Positions 12,308-25,313 of a DNA stretch of 64,000 bases are shown piece by piece. The notes below the pieces were generated by a model. That model worked only from the letters and a program-made list of their open reading frames with translations, had not been told where the DNA came from and made no database searches. The DNA lies in NCBI RefSeq assembly GCF_001194135.2, contig NC_068981.1:87724049-87788048 (forward strand), written 5' to 3'. A program made the translations under genes and the position numbers. Numbering within the stretch: position 1 is the first letter of the stretch; each line of letters opens with the position of its first letter. Origin of the DNA: Octopus bimaculoides. Its lineage: Eukaryota.

Positions 12308-12691
12308 TTGTGAGTGAATTTGGTAGGTGGAAACTGAAAGCAGCCTGGCATGTATATATGTATATATTTGTGTGTTTGTTTGTCCCCACCGCCATCACTT
12401 GACAAACGATGTTGGTGTGTTTATGTCCCCATAACTTAGCAGTTTGGTAAAAGTACTAGGCATACAAAGAATAAGTCCTGGGGTCAATTTCATTGACTAA
12501 AACCCTTAAAGGTAGTGCTCCAGCACAGCTGCAGTCAAATAGCTGAAACAAGTAAAAAAGAAATTTATTTAAATATTTGCATTAATCATAACCCTTTTTT
12601 TTTTTTTGCCTTCAGATTAAACCAAATAATTATTTGAAATAGATGATTCTTTGATTTTCACTTATTTATGTTTCTATTTCCGTTTACCTAG

Positions 12692-12854
12692 ATGACAATT
12701 CCGGCAGGTAAGACTCCAATCAGTCACCTGCAGGAATTGTGTACTAAGCGTGGCCTCACTCCACAGTATGACTTGATCTCCAACGAAGGGGCCACTCATG
12801 AGCCCACTTATATGATGCAGGTCACCGTTGGTGAAATTGTAGCAACTGGAAAAG
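12692..12854 (+). CDS. TARBP2: TRBP/PACT/Loquacious-family dsRNA-binding protein, coding exon 1 (dsRBD1, N-terminal part)
   Basis: tag|ATG acceptor at 12691/12692. Translates MTIPAGKTPISHLQELCTKRGLTPQYDLISNEGATHEPTYMMQVTVGEIVATGK(G), matching the TRBP motif GKTPISLLQE...VTVG. Donor AAG|gtaact at 12855. The symbol marks the family (TARBP2/PRKRA/loqs co-ortholog). Confidence 0.93.
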
Positions 12855-14273
12855 GTAACTTTTTTTTTTTTCATGAATAGATATTTCTTTCATAATTCTC
12901 AAATATTAAGTAGAGTGACCAGGTTTATCAAGCCTTATATCCGTATAAACAAGGTGATAACTTGTAACTCTTGTGTACATTGACTTTTTCTTTAGGTCAT
13001 ATAGATTGGTTTGCCTCAATTTTACTTACCATTTGAAATTGAAAATGAGGTGTGCCAGTTTCTAAAATATACTTTCAGAGAGATAGCTGGTATTAAAAGG
13101 AACTCTGATTTGATCTTCTTTCTCTCTTTACCACTCACTCCCTCCCTCTCTATCATATGTATATTAATGTTTCAAGTTACGAGTGTGCTCAATAAATTTG
13201 TATAAAAGTTGGTGTAAATAATAGGGCATAGGAAAACAAACCAAGCAGTGCATATTAAAATACATTTTATATCTAGATCTAAGCTTAAGTATTAATGTCC
13301 CACTTGGTAATCATCAGTTGAGGGAGATTATTTACAGATTTCATCCCTGATACACATGCTGTGGTAATTGGAGCAGAAGGGAAGCAAATCAGAGTGTTAT
13401 TACTGTCACACTAAAATGGCATTCCTACACTGCATTATTTATGCTGTAACTGACAGTTTTATGCAAATTTATTGAGCACTCTTACTAAAATTATTACGAA
13501 AATGCATTATGATGTATTTTGTAAAATTTATATAAGCTCATATCCAAATTTGAATTGATTTTAGGTTTACATCAGTTAAATTTTGTGTGAAGCAAATGCA
13601 CATTGTAATGTTTTAGTGTGGTGATATGATAGCTCCTTTCTAATTTATTTTGCTTCAAATAGTGATTTTGTTATTTTCTACTGAGGATAATTGTGTAAGA
13701 TCTGAAACTCAAGCTTGTGTCTTGTTATATATATATTTTTTATTCATATTTATCTCATTTGTTATTGTATGTCCAATTGTTTACATTATGTATACATATA
13801 TATTAGATAGTTTTTGTTACCTGAGTGACCCAATTAGTGCTGAGTGGTAGTTGTAGTGGCTCTATAATTAGAATAAGAAAGAGGTAGCAGTTTCAGACAC
13901 TTGTTACCTCTACTGGTAACAAGCAGGATTTTGCAAAGTGTGTGAAAATTCAATCCCATTTCATTCATGTAATGAGCAATTAACAAACAGTCAATTCAGA
14001 TATTGTATAATTTATAAGATCAAAATCAAGAAGTAATAGATTAGTCAAAAATAATCAAAAAAACTTCAGCTTAAATGGGAAAAAAATGATAACATTTTAT
14101 TTAGTTGTGTGTGTGTGTTTATTTTGTGTTGGTGTGTTCAGTGGAGGAACTGAAAATGCTGTTACTTCCTTCTGAAAATTTACTATAGCTGTTGTCCATA
14201 TTGATATTAACATTACTTAATGAATTGATTTGAATTGTAATAAATGAAGAAATTTGCTGATTGTCTGTTTTAG

Positions 14274-14367
14274 GATCTAGTAAGAAGAAGGCTAAGCATG
14301 CCGCCGCATTAGCAGCTTACAACCAAATTCTTGGCATCAAGAGTGAACAGCAACCAGATGGCAGACA
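14274..14367 (+). CDS. TARBP2: TRBP-like protein, coding exon 2 (dsRBD1 C-terminal helix and linker)
   Basis: tttag| acceptor, phase 1. Translates (G)SSKKKAKHAAALAAYNQILGIKSEQQPDGR(Q), containing the KKxAK dsRBD motif. Donor CA|gtatgt. Confidence 0.93.
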
Positions 14368-16205
14368 GTATGTTTGTTTATTTTCTTTATTACTACACGG
14401 TATTTCAGCACCAGGTCTGTGACTTAGCAGAATTGATAAGTTGTCAGACAAAATGCCTTGTGGTATTTCTTTTGGCTTTTTATGTTATTAGTTCAAATTA
14501 TTTCATGATTTTGTCCGCCATCCTTCTTGAACTGATGTATTAAAGTACCTAGCAAAGTACAAGGGTGCAGCCCTCACTCTCCAACTGTCACAACTTTAAC
14601 CTTTTAGCATTTGAACTGGTCATATCTAGCCAAAATATTCTTCCTGTTTTATGTTAAAACTGGCCAGATACAGCCTCTCACACCTACCCTACAAAGTTAA
14701 TCTAAAAAATATATAGTCACACAATCGAAATCTCAAAGCTACAAGATAATCCAGGATAAATTCAAGACAATATGGATAAATAAATGTTACATTTGATAGA
14801 ATAATCTGAATGCTAAAAGGCTAAGATTCAGCTGAGATCAAGGAAGTAAAGGTCAAGACGGTATCTTGACTGCTTGCAATTTAAGGGTATCCAAAACCAA
14901 GGTGAATATATTGTGCATGCTACTACAGTCATACATAATTAGAAAAGACAACCAAATTATCTCAACACCATTGAAACTCTAATTTCTGACTAAAGACCTT
15001 ACAGGGTGCTTTCCAGGGCTCTTTGTGTATTGGCTACCGAATGCTATTATACAGTGGGATTTCTTCTGTCACTAGATATGGAAATCTGCAAATATAAATA
15101 AAGAATACAAGTATTCATTCATATATATATATATATATATATATAAATGATTTTTTTTACTTGTTTCAGTCATTTGACTGGCCATGCTGGAGCAGTTTCT
15201 GTGTACCAGACTGCTTCATAAGGCATTGGTCAGCCTGGAACTATAGAAGATCTCTAAGGTAGCATGCAGTGGTTCCAAACTTGAAACCATATGGTTGTGA
15301 AGTAAACTCCTTAACTGTTCGATCATCATCATCATTTAATGTTCTTTTTCATGCTGGCATGAGTTGGATGGTTTGACAGGAGATAGTTAGTCACAGAGCT
15401 GCCCAAGTTCCGGTTGTCTGTTTTGGCATGGTTTCTACAGCTGGATGTCCTTCTTTATGCCTACCGCTTTACAGTGTGTATTGGGTGCTTTTTACTTGGT
15501 GCCAGAATGAGTACCTTTCATGTGACAATGACACAAGTGCTTTTTACATGGCAACAGCACAGGCCTGTATGGATGGATGGCTACATTCTGAAACACAGCA
15601 AATCACCAGAAGTCTCAGTCCTTCATCATCTTCTCAGTAGGGTCCAATGTTTGGAGATCCTTTCTCATCACCTCATCCCATGTCTTCCTGGGTCTACCCC
15701 TTCCACAGGTTCCCTTAAAATATTTTAGGTTAGATGGGTAGAAGGGATTGTTAAATAATTGTTCATTGTCAACTGAATTTAAGCAGTTCATTTGTTCTTC
15801 ACTTTTCCAGGGACTAATCTTAACCATATTCTTTTGAGAGATTATGCAGAGATATCTTTTCTTACTAGTCTGTTGGGTGTCAGCTATATTTAGAGGAACC
15901 AAGACGGTATCTCAGTAAATTTTTATTATTTTGTTGATATGCCTGTGCCAGTGGCATGTAAAAAGCACCCACTACATCTCGGAATGTTGGCATTAGGAAG
16001 GGCATCCAGCTGTAGAAACTTTGCCAGTTCAGATTGGAGTCTGGTGCAGCCTACTGGCTTGCCAGTCCCTAGTCAAACTATCTAACCCATGTCAGCATGA
16101 AAAGCGGACATTAAACAATAATGATGATGATTGTAACACAAATATTTTTATGTTGATCTTTTTAGTTTCATTAGTTTATTTTATTTTATTTCTATTTTTT
16201 TTAAG

Positions 16206-16375
16206 ATCACCTGTTTCAGAGGAAGGCATTCCTGGAAATCCAATTGGTGAACTGCAAGAATTTGCACAAAAAAATCTCATCCGACCCCCTATTTATGACC
16301 TAGATAGCCCACAGGGTCCACCTCATGCTCGTGAATTTTACTGCACTGTTAAGCTTGGCAAATTCCAAGAAAGAG
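16206..16375 (+). CDS. TARBP2: TRBP-like protein, coding exon 3 (dsRBD2, N-terminal part)
   Basis: ttaag| acceptor, phase 2 as required by exon 2. Translates SPVSEEGIPGNPIGELQEFAQKNLIRPPIYDLDSPQGPPHAREFYCTVKLGKFQER(G), with NPIGELQE and GPPHxREF motifs. Donor G|gtttg. Confidence 0.93.
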
Positions 16376-17703
16376 GTTTGTTTTCTTCATTTTTTGTTAT
16401 CTTTACTTTTGGCTATTTTAAGATTGCTAAAGATTGATTAATTCCAATACCAGTAGACTCTTGAGGTCTTGGAAATGTTGAAACTTTCCCCAAATTTATA
16501 AAATATTTTTGTTAGGTATAAAGAATAAAATATATTTAAATAATTACTTTTTTTTTTACCATAATTCTGTTAAAATAGACTTGCTTTATTTTCATTAATT
16601 TTCAAAATAATGAAGAATTTAGTAAAATAACTTTGTCATTATTCAGCTAGTGATTGAAATATAAATTAACATGAAATTTTGGAAGAATTCAATTTAGATC
16701 ACTTTAAAATGGGAGGTTTGTATCATAGAACCAGGGGTGGTCTTAGACAGGTTGGTATCAAAAAGGTTAATGATGTACCTCAGAGCATATTATGCTGTAA
16801 ATAATAACTTATAATACATTCAGTTAAAAACCTCTCATATGGAAAAAAAGGTGGCAGAAAACTACCTGCAGGTTCAAATTGTGCATCTTCTATAACCTAG
16901 ACAGACTTGCTCCCAGTTTCCACAAATCAACCTTCTGTCTTAAATTTCTGCTAACTTGCCAATTATTGATTTTCTTCTTTCTTCTTTTTTGTATTCAACC
17001 TATATTTTCACAATGAGATCTGAAATGTGTATTTGGATGCAGGCAATGCTGAAATATGTATTTTCAGTAGCTAATTGTTTAGGGCTAATAGATTTCAAAT
17101 CATTGTATAAATCTAAAGAAGCTTATTGTAAAATAGCAAGTACATTAGGCTGTAATGAGATATTCTTCTACCCTGTGTCACCTACCAATGAAGGAGTTAG
17201 ATTAAGATTTGATTTCTGAAGTGAGCTTAGGTTGGATAAAGTACTGAAGAGATAAAGGAGAAGTTGTTGTGTGGACCTACCCATCCTATAGGAATGTCAA
17301 AAAATTTCATCAGTAAATACATGTTATAATTCTCATTAATTTATGTTAGACCAACTTACTGAACTAAAATAATTCAAGAGAGTGGTTGGAAATTAGAAGC
17401 ATCAGATGTTGCTTTTATGTAAAAAAAATATAACATTGTCATGCTTAGCATAAGAATATATCCATGTAGGATTGTTAGAGTGGGCATCAAAATTTGTAAT
17501 ATTTTATTAGATACTTTGTCTATTTACAACTAAAAAATTAGTAGCATATGTACTATTGTGTACTTTTGAACTCAGTATTTTTAATCTAGTTCTCTTTTCA
17601 TAATGAAGTAAAAAGAATTTTTAATGAGTTTTTGTCTTGTTGTTAATCTAAATATAGTTTATTATATCCTATTTATGATTTAATTGTTATATTGTATTCT
17701 TAG

Positions 17704-17834
17704 GTACTGGACGTTCCAAGAAAAGTGCAAAACGAGCTGCTGCCCACTCTATGCTGTTGCGTATCCAAAGCCTACAAGCTGAAGGCACCAATACTCCTGT
17801 CATCGAGGATTCTGAAGAAGATGAGATCCCTCTT
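17704..17834 (+). CDS. TARBP2: TRBP-like protein, coding exon 4 (dsRBD2 C-terminal helix and acidic linker)
   Basis: cttag| acceptor. Translates (G)TGRSKKSAKRAAAHSMLLRIQSLQAEGTNTPVIEDSEEDEIPL. Donor |gtaagt, phase 0. Confidence 0.93.
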
Positions 17835-20392
17835 GTAAGTAAAGCAGTATATTTTGCAGTTATTAAATATTTCCAATATTTTTTTCCTAAAGTAAACTGT
17901 TCTCAGCACAAAATTATCTAAGTTTAATTTTCTTTTATTACATCCATTACTGAACTTAGAAGATTTATGCTAAAAGGCAGGTTACTTGGGTATTGCCTAT
18001 GAGCTTGTTCAAATTTCTTTACATAGTCTATTTTGGTCAAGTAATTAATTATGGTTGATATTAGAAGGAATATGTTAGGATATTTGCTTACAAAAAAAAA
18101 AAAAAAAAGCATGATGGTTTCTGATGGTTCATCAGGGATCCACTCGTTCTATGATAACTTGGGTGTGTTTTAATTTGTGTGTCCTTATATGTAGGTAGAT
18201 ATTCTGTACAGAAAAAGAGAGGGCCTAAAATTTACATTCTACTGAAAAAGGGGATGTAATTTGATCAATACATCAACTGCACCATTTGTTTACAATCCTC
18301 ATTTTATGTCTGCTTTCCATGCTGGTTTTGCTTGAGCAGGTCATTTATGCTCTATGACTTGTGGAGTTTTTAATACCTTTATAGATGGATCAGAAACCCT
18401 GTTTCACTCACTCCATTTCTGACATAGTTTCTAATACCAACCATCATCTTACAGTGTACTGGGTGCATTTTATTATGGTAGCAGCACTAGAGAATTTACC
18501 TTAGCCCTACTGGTTACAGAGCCCTGTTCTACATATGGAATTTCCCTATATCTCCCACTTGGCACTGTATTCAATATGAATTAGGTATCATAAGAATTTA
18601 GTGACCATTTTCATCTGAACAATCCCTGATAACCACTCTTTCACTGTTTCCATCACTAATATGGATGGTGTATTTAATGCTGCTCCCGTATGTGGTTCCA
18701 CTGTATATTTTAATCATCATCATCATTTAATGTCCACTTTCCATGCTGGCATGGGAAGGACAGTTTGACAGGATTGGGCAAACCATAATTCTGTGTTGGA
18801 CTTCAGTGTCATCTTTGGTATGTTTTCTACAGCTGGATGCTCTTCCTAATACCAACCACTTTACAGTGTGTACTTGCTTTTTTTTTTTTTTCTTTTTCTT
18901 TTTTTCATGTCACTGGCACAGAACAGAGAGGAAAAGGAAAAAAATCTCCCTCTACTAAATGTTGATGAAAATTCATTTTCATACTTGGAATGGCATTTTT
19001 ATACCATTCCTAACTCTTGATGCTGTCGTCATTTTGTCAAACTGCCTTTTGAATACTATTTGTTTATATTTTATAATGTTATTTCTAAATGACAAAGCCA
19101 TAAATTTGGTGAGTTTAAAAACTGTCAATTATATTGATCTCAGTGCTTGACAAGTGCCATTTTATTGATTCCAGAAGGATCAAATGTGCACCTTGGTGGA
19201 ATTCAAACTAAGAACATAAGATGTCATAAATAATGCAAGACATTTTGCCTGCCCAGCTATCAATTCTCACATTCATGTTTGTGTATGATATTGACAGGAG
19301 AATAATTATTAAAACTATTTTTCTGTTAGGCTCTTTAAATGTTGCAAAGGGTCGTCTCTGATTTTTTTCATCATCATTTAGCAAGTTTTCAATGCTGTTA
19401 TGAGTAAGATGGTTTGACTGAGTTAATAGACCAGAGAACTGCACTGGGCTCCAGTCTGTTTTAGGTTGGTCTCCTTTCCTAATGCCAACCACTTCGCAGA
19501 GTGTAGTGGGTGCCTTTTACATGTCACCAGCACTGGCCACAATATATATATGTATAGATATATGTGTGTGTGTTTATACATACATTATATTATATATGTT
19601 GTGTTGTCTCTGTTAAAATGTTTTCGACATTTTTACAGAATATTCACATGTAAGCATATAAATTTAGTCATGGCTGCTTCCTTACCATTCCAAACTGGGT
19701 AGCAGAAGGAAAAAGATCCAAATGTAAAATGCTTACTGCAGATACATATAGCTTTGTATTTTCATGTTACCTTGCTAATTTGATTCATACAAACCACTAA
19801 GGCATAAGGATACTTGAAAATTTTGCTTTCTTGTGTCAAATGCCTTCGACTATGCCTAGTAAGTGGATTTAGTAGACAGAAAATGAAAGAAGCCCGTTGT
19901 GTGTGTGTTTGTATCTTCTTGTCTTGACATGGCGTGAAAGTTGTGACTCCGTATCATTTTCATACAAGCAATGTCATTCATTTCTAATATCCTGAAAGAA
20001 CATTTCTGGCTTTGGGGAGATATTATGTTGCTTGGAAACTGCCTCAAATAAACTCAGTCTGACCCATACAAGCATGGAAAAGTGGATGCTAAATGATGAT
20101 GATGATGGTGATGTTGAGCATCCAGGATAGGTAAAACCTATCTCACATGTATATCTAATCACAGCAAGATGGTCAGGGTGGGCATAGAAAGTTTTAAATT
20201 ACCAAGCAAATATTATTGTGATGAGTAGAAAACAATGGTTTCTTCAATTGATATGTTGCTATCCTATCAACTAGACTTGCTACAACTTTTAGAAACAAAA
20301 ACAACTACATTTTAAAGGAATTTTTACATGCATTGAATTTTCCTCTAGATCTTCTTAATTTAAGAAAATTTCTTAATGCTATCTTTTAACAG

Positions 20393-20636
20393 AGTTCAGA
20401 ACCAAGGCTTTCATTTTATTCACACCTAAAGGAGCGTGTTAGTCATTCTTACTCTAAACCTAAACAAATAGACAAAGAAATTCAACAATTTTATGACAAA
20501 GTAGTCAATTCTAGTGCTAAGAAGAACAATTCTTGCATGGATGTGAAAATGAACTATTGCCAGATGTTACAAGAAATTGCTGAAGTACAACGTTTCATGT
20601 TGACTTATCATGACCTTTCAGAGAGAACCACTGAAG
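20393..20636 (+). CDS. TARBP2: TRBP-like protein, coding exon 5 (linker and start of dsRBD3)
   Basis: aacag| acceptor, phase 0. Open frame SSEPRLSFYSHLKER...MNYCQMLQEIAEVQRFMLTYHDLSERTTE(G). Donor G|gtaagt. The exact acceptor is inferred from phase. Confidence 0.88.
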
Positions 20637-20803
20637 GTAAGTTCTTTTCACCACAAATTCCTTGTTTTTCAATGATGTTACATTTTCAGTTAGAGTCTAG
20701 GTAAATACTTTAAAATATTAGACACCTATTTCTGTTAATGTCAGTATCTTTTGGTATGCAATTTTAATACAGCTATATAACACATATGTAGACTTGTATT
20801 ATA

Positions 20804-21030
20804 TTAACCCTTTAGCATTTAAACTGGCCATATCCAGCTAAAATATCCTATCTGTTTTATGTTCAAACCAGCCAGATCTGGCCTCTCACAATACCCTACA
20901 ATGTCATTCTAAAACTAAACAATTGCATCATTGAAATGTCAAAGCTACGAGATAATGCATAATTAATTCAAGCAATGTGAATAAATAGTCTTTATATTTG
21001 ATAAAGATAATCTGAATGCTAAAGGGTTAC
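20804..21030. mobile_element. piggyBac-like MITE, family 1
   Basis: TTAA-CCCTTTAGCATT ... AATGCTAAAGGG-TTA(C) terminal inverted repeats. Further copies at about 5450-5680, 14597-14822, 48650-48860 and 53333-53520. Confidence 0.7.
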
Positions 21031-21045
21031 AGATATATTTTATGT

Positions 21046-21263
21046 TTAACCTTCTTGTTACCATATTATTACTGTCTTACTGTCTTTCTAGCTATCTATT
21101 AATTTTGAAAATAATCAGGAATTTATGAAAATAACTTGAATTATTATTAAGCTGGTGTTTGAAACATAAATTAACATGAAATTTTGATGCAAGGTTTTTA
21201 TCAAGGTCACTTTAAGGCAAGGAGTTTGTTTCATAGAATGAGGGGTTGTATCAAAAAGGTTAA
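21046..21263. mobile_element. piggyBac-like MITE, family 2
   Basis: TTAA-CCTT...GTTACC ... GTATCAAAAAGG-TTAA ends. Related copies at about 8960-9180, 16555-16770, 44453-44675, 53515-53685 and 57850-58020. Confidence 0.65.
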
Positions 21264-21302
21264 ATTGTAAAAACTTCAGAGATGTTTGTTTTCTTGTTTC
21301 AG

Positions 21303-21439
21303 GTTTCTTCCAATGTTTTGTCCAAATGACAGTCGTCCCTGTTGCTGTGTGCCATGGGACGGGACCAACTATGGAAGAAGGGCATGGTAAGGCTGCTCAT
21401 AATGCGCTGCAGTATTTGAAGGCTGTTAATAAGACATAA
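21303..21439 (+). CDS. TARBP2: TRBP-like protein, final coding exon (type-B dsRBD3, Dicer-binding domain)
   Basis: tttcag| acceptor. Translates (G)FFQCFVQMTVVPVAVCHGTGPTMEEGHGKAAHNALQYLKAVNKT*, matching TRBP/PACT QCLVELST.P.TVCHG...AA..ALQYLK. The six exons total 939 nt = 312 aa plus stop. Confidence 0.94.
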
Positions 21440-23259
21440 CCATATTACCCAGGGAGTTACATAGCCTCACGCTGTAAATTGGTATCATAGCGGCTCCATC
21501 TAACTTATGTTTCCTAATTTATCTACTCAATGTTATGTGTTATAGGTGAATGAATGGACTGTTGGATATGGATGGTTGTATACTATGCATGAGCATGTTA
21601 AGTTTTTACACAAACTTTTTATCAATTTACATCATGGGCAACTAGTCTGACAGGTTCCAATTCAAAATTTGGTGTCTTTCTATTTTATTTTGGAACTTTA
21701 TTGTCGTATTTTGCTGCTATAAGAGTATTCTTGTGTTCTGGATATTACCTGTCCAGTGGTATTGTATCTTGTCATGTGTGTGTGTCATATTTAAAGCACC
21801 TTTAAAATTGTCTTTTTCTAGCAGCTTTATTCATGATTTAAAATGATTGAATAGACTATGAAAAAACATAAAAGCCCTATTGTTTTATTCGTTGTGTTAG
21901 AGAGGATTCTCTAAAGCAGCAAACAAAATATTGCTTAAGCTTTTAAAGAAAATATTACAGATTCAACAAACAAAAAAATATTATACAACATTAGTCATTT
22001 GCTTTTTTGCAATTTATTCAAATACAAAGTAACCTACCCACCTACAAAAATGGAAAGTTTTAGCTTCATGTTTTTGAAAAATCGTCTCACTGTCATTGTC
22101 TTTGCTTTTTTTTTCTTTATTTTTTTTCTTTTCTTTTTGTTTATGATATTATTAGCTTTTAACAACTGTTGTCATTGTTAGTGTCATTTCCAAGATTTCC
22201 TTAACTTGCTTCAGTGTTGCACATTTTGCCCTCTGCTGTATTAATTTTGGAAAAAAACAATTAATATCATAAATCTCTGTATTTTCGAACTTGCTAAGCA
22301 GAGAGTAAACATTTAATTAATTATTATTAATGCTAATGTTTAAAAAAAAATTTCCCCTCGAACCAAAGTATTGAATTAAACGTCTTCAATTATTTACTGG
22401 TTCTCTCAATACTTATTTCTTTCTTCATCATATATATGGGTTTAAGTTTTTCACATTACGTTAATATTTCAAATTCTTCACTGAGGGCATGTAAAGTTCA
22501 TGCTATACATGGAGTTATTGTGAATTTTTGCTATTGTAATATTAATATACTTATAAATATGCATATCTGTTGCTTTGTACTTTTTTTTAAAAGAAATTTA
22601 ATATCCCCTATTACTGTATCATCTAGTAAGTTAATCCTAATTGCTATTTCTCACTACAAAGCTGTTAGTTTGAATGTGATCTAACATTTGCCTAAGGGGT
22701 TATTTTCATCTTCATATATACACACACACATACTCACACACGTTTTGTGTTTCCATTCATTTAAGAAGTATAAGCCCTGATAGTATATTTTACAGTCTGA
22801 TTTATTCCATCTATACTTTTCCTCAAAGTGTTTATAATTTGGGGAATGGTCTTAATCATGAAAGTTTTATCAAACTGTCTGGTAATAATTTATTCTCTGA
22901 GCAATTATTATAATTCCTTTCATTTTCTGTTACAAACTGACACTTCTCAAAATTGCTTTTATCTAACAGGTGTTAGGCCATAACAGTGTAATGCAGTTAA
23001 ATTTCCTGTGATGTATTTTAATGTTCATTAACAGTTTTGTAATGATTTTTTTTTTTTATATTTAGATTTGCATGATGATTTGTTTGTCTCCATTAGCATG
23101 TATAATTATAAACTTTCCTCTACTCTATTTCTCTTGAAAAAATACCATTTTCATCCTTTTGGTCATTTAAATAATAATTTAATGATATCAGAAGGCTGGA
23201 AAACACATTGGCATTTGTGTTCAGTTTTGTCATGAATTAAAAATTCCTTTTTTTTTATT

Positions 23260-23462
23260 ATATATATATATAAATAAATTGATATTTATATGTCTGTGTA
23301 TACATATGCATATCTATATGTACACATATGTACAAATGCTTGTATACATATTTATAATTATTTATGTTTAAATATGCATGCACATACATACTCATATGCA
23401 TAGATATATATGTGTCTGCATTTTACATATATATATAATATGCACATACATGTGCATCTGTA

Positions 23463-23498
<36 letters not shown>

Positions 23499-23570
23499 CA
23501 TACACACACACACACACACACACACATGCATACATACATGTATACACACCACACACAAACACATATATAA
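23260..23570. repeat. Compound (TA)/(TG)/(CA) microsatellite in the inferred TRBP-like 3'UTR
   Basis: Read directly from the sequence. Confidence 0.9.
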
Positions 23571-25229
23571 AGTCTCTTATTACTTATTTAAACTCTTACA
23601 CTCTTGCTAACAGAGCATCATGGATTTTTATTAGCCCAGCTGCAACTTTGCCAATTGTTTTTTCTTTTGGCATATCAGTAATTTGATTTATTAAAGCAAA
23701 TACCAAAGTAGTTAATGAAAAGGCAGAAAAATTTATTAAACCTTGTCAGATTAGTTGCCGTCATTTAATGAAAAAAAAAAAAGTACCTTTCGTTCATTTG
23801 TGACTTTAAATTCTTTCACTTTTATATTTTCCTTTGTTTTGCTGTTTTATGTCTCTTTAGTTTTACAACATCATACTAGATTATTTTGTAACAAGAATAT
23901 GGCCAATGCAGTTTTGTTTTCATTCAGCCAAGCTGGTTTCTTTTCTTTTTTTTCCTTCATTTTCTTAATTCAGCACTTCATATACATGTGGAGTTCAGAC
24001 ATTTACATACACTGTGCATTTGTCTGGTGTCGTGACTTTTAGAAACTCTCAACTCTAGTATAAATCACTATGCAGTTGCTTCCCAGAAGAATTAGTTTTT
24101 CCTTTCTCTTAGCACCATTTTTGTTATTGGCTTATGACTTACTTTTTTTTCCTCTATACAGATAATGAACATGGTTCTTTTCCTTTCTAATTATATTTTC
24201 CTCTACTACTACTACTATTATTTTAATATTACTTTTATTGCAAATTATTATTATATTTGTTTCTAAAGTGTTTAGAAAAGCAAAAAGATTCAAAGATGTT
24301 GGACAAAACTCCTAAGTCTTCCTTGTTTTAATTTTATTTTCCATTTCAATTAAGAATTGTTTAACTACATTCTATATTTCTAATTCTTTAGTTTAGATTA
24401 CATTTATACATAGACCAATATGATTTTCATTTCTCTTCATAAATTTTCCAACTAATGAAGCTTGTGTAGTCTCCCTTCACTATAAGTCTTCTCATATTAG
24501 GCTTTTAAATATAGCTGGCGTATTTATTTTGCCATGTTTTCATTTGCTGTTTTACCTCCATATTCACAAATGATCTGTTTGCACTAACCTCAATTTTTTA
24601 GCAAGTGCTCAAAGATAAAGGTTGATTGGCAATTTATATACGGGACAGCTCCAAAAGTTCTCTTGATCCCATGATGTCACTTCAAATTAAAAGAAATGTA
24701 GCTGCACCTACTTTCCCTACTAAGACAATAATTACTTGTTGTTATTATTCTTATTTCTCCTGTCATATCCACTGAAACAAGAACCTATTTATTTTATTTA
24801 TAAAAAATTCTTTTATATACTTTATATTATTATCTCTTGTCCTTTATGAAATTCTATTAAGAAAATGTAGATGTTTGAATCTTCAGCACCCTTGCTAGAC
24901 AAGCGGTAATTTTAAAGTTGTCAGTTTTGGCAACTAATTGACAGATGTGAGGCTATGCATTACCCTGGGGGGAGATAGGAATGATTTATTTTGATTGTTT
25001 TTGGGGTTTTTTTGTCTTTTTTTGTCTTTTGTTTCTTTTTGTGACTTTTATATTATCACAATTTTTATTTGTAAGTTATTTTTATTTATTGCTTAATTAG
25101 AGACACCTCACAAACACTATTTAATTAACATTTTTCACTGTCTGTCTGTATCTTCAGTTTTGTACACTGTATTCTTGTAAAAATCTGGAAGTGACAGTAA
25201 ATAAGAAACAAAATAACAGCAAAAATATC

Positions 25230-25275
25230 AATAAATATAATAAAAGTAAAAAAAAAATGTGTTCTGTTTTTTTTT
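25230..25275 (+). terminator. Probable polyadenylation signal of the TRBP-like gene
   Basis: Two AATAAA hexamers (25230-25235, 25239-25244) followed by a GU/U-rich downstream element (tgtgttctgttttttttt, about 25258-25275), at the end of a TE-poor, UTR-like stretch. Confidence 0.5.
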
Positions 25276-25313
25276 CCAAAAGTTATGTAAAAATTAGTTC
25301 ATCGCATTTAAAA

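Noticed and set aside
16219-16220. Alternative acceptor tttcag| inside TRBP-like exon 3
   Set aside because: It has the wrong phase relative to exon 2 and would cause a frameshift.
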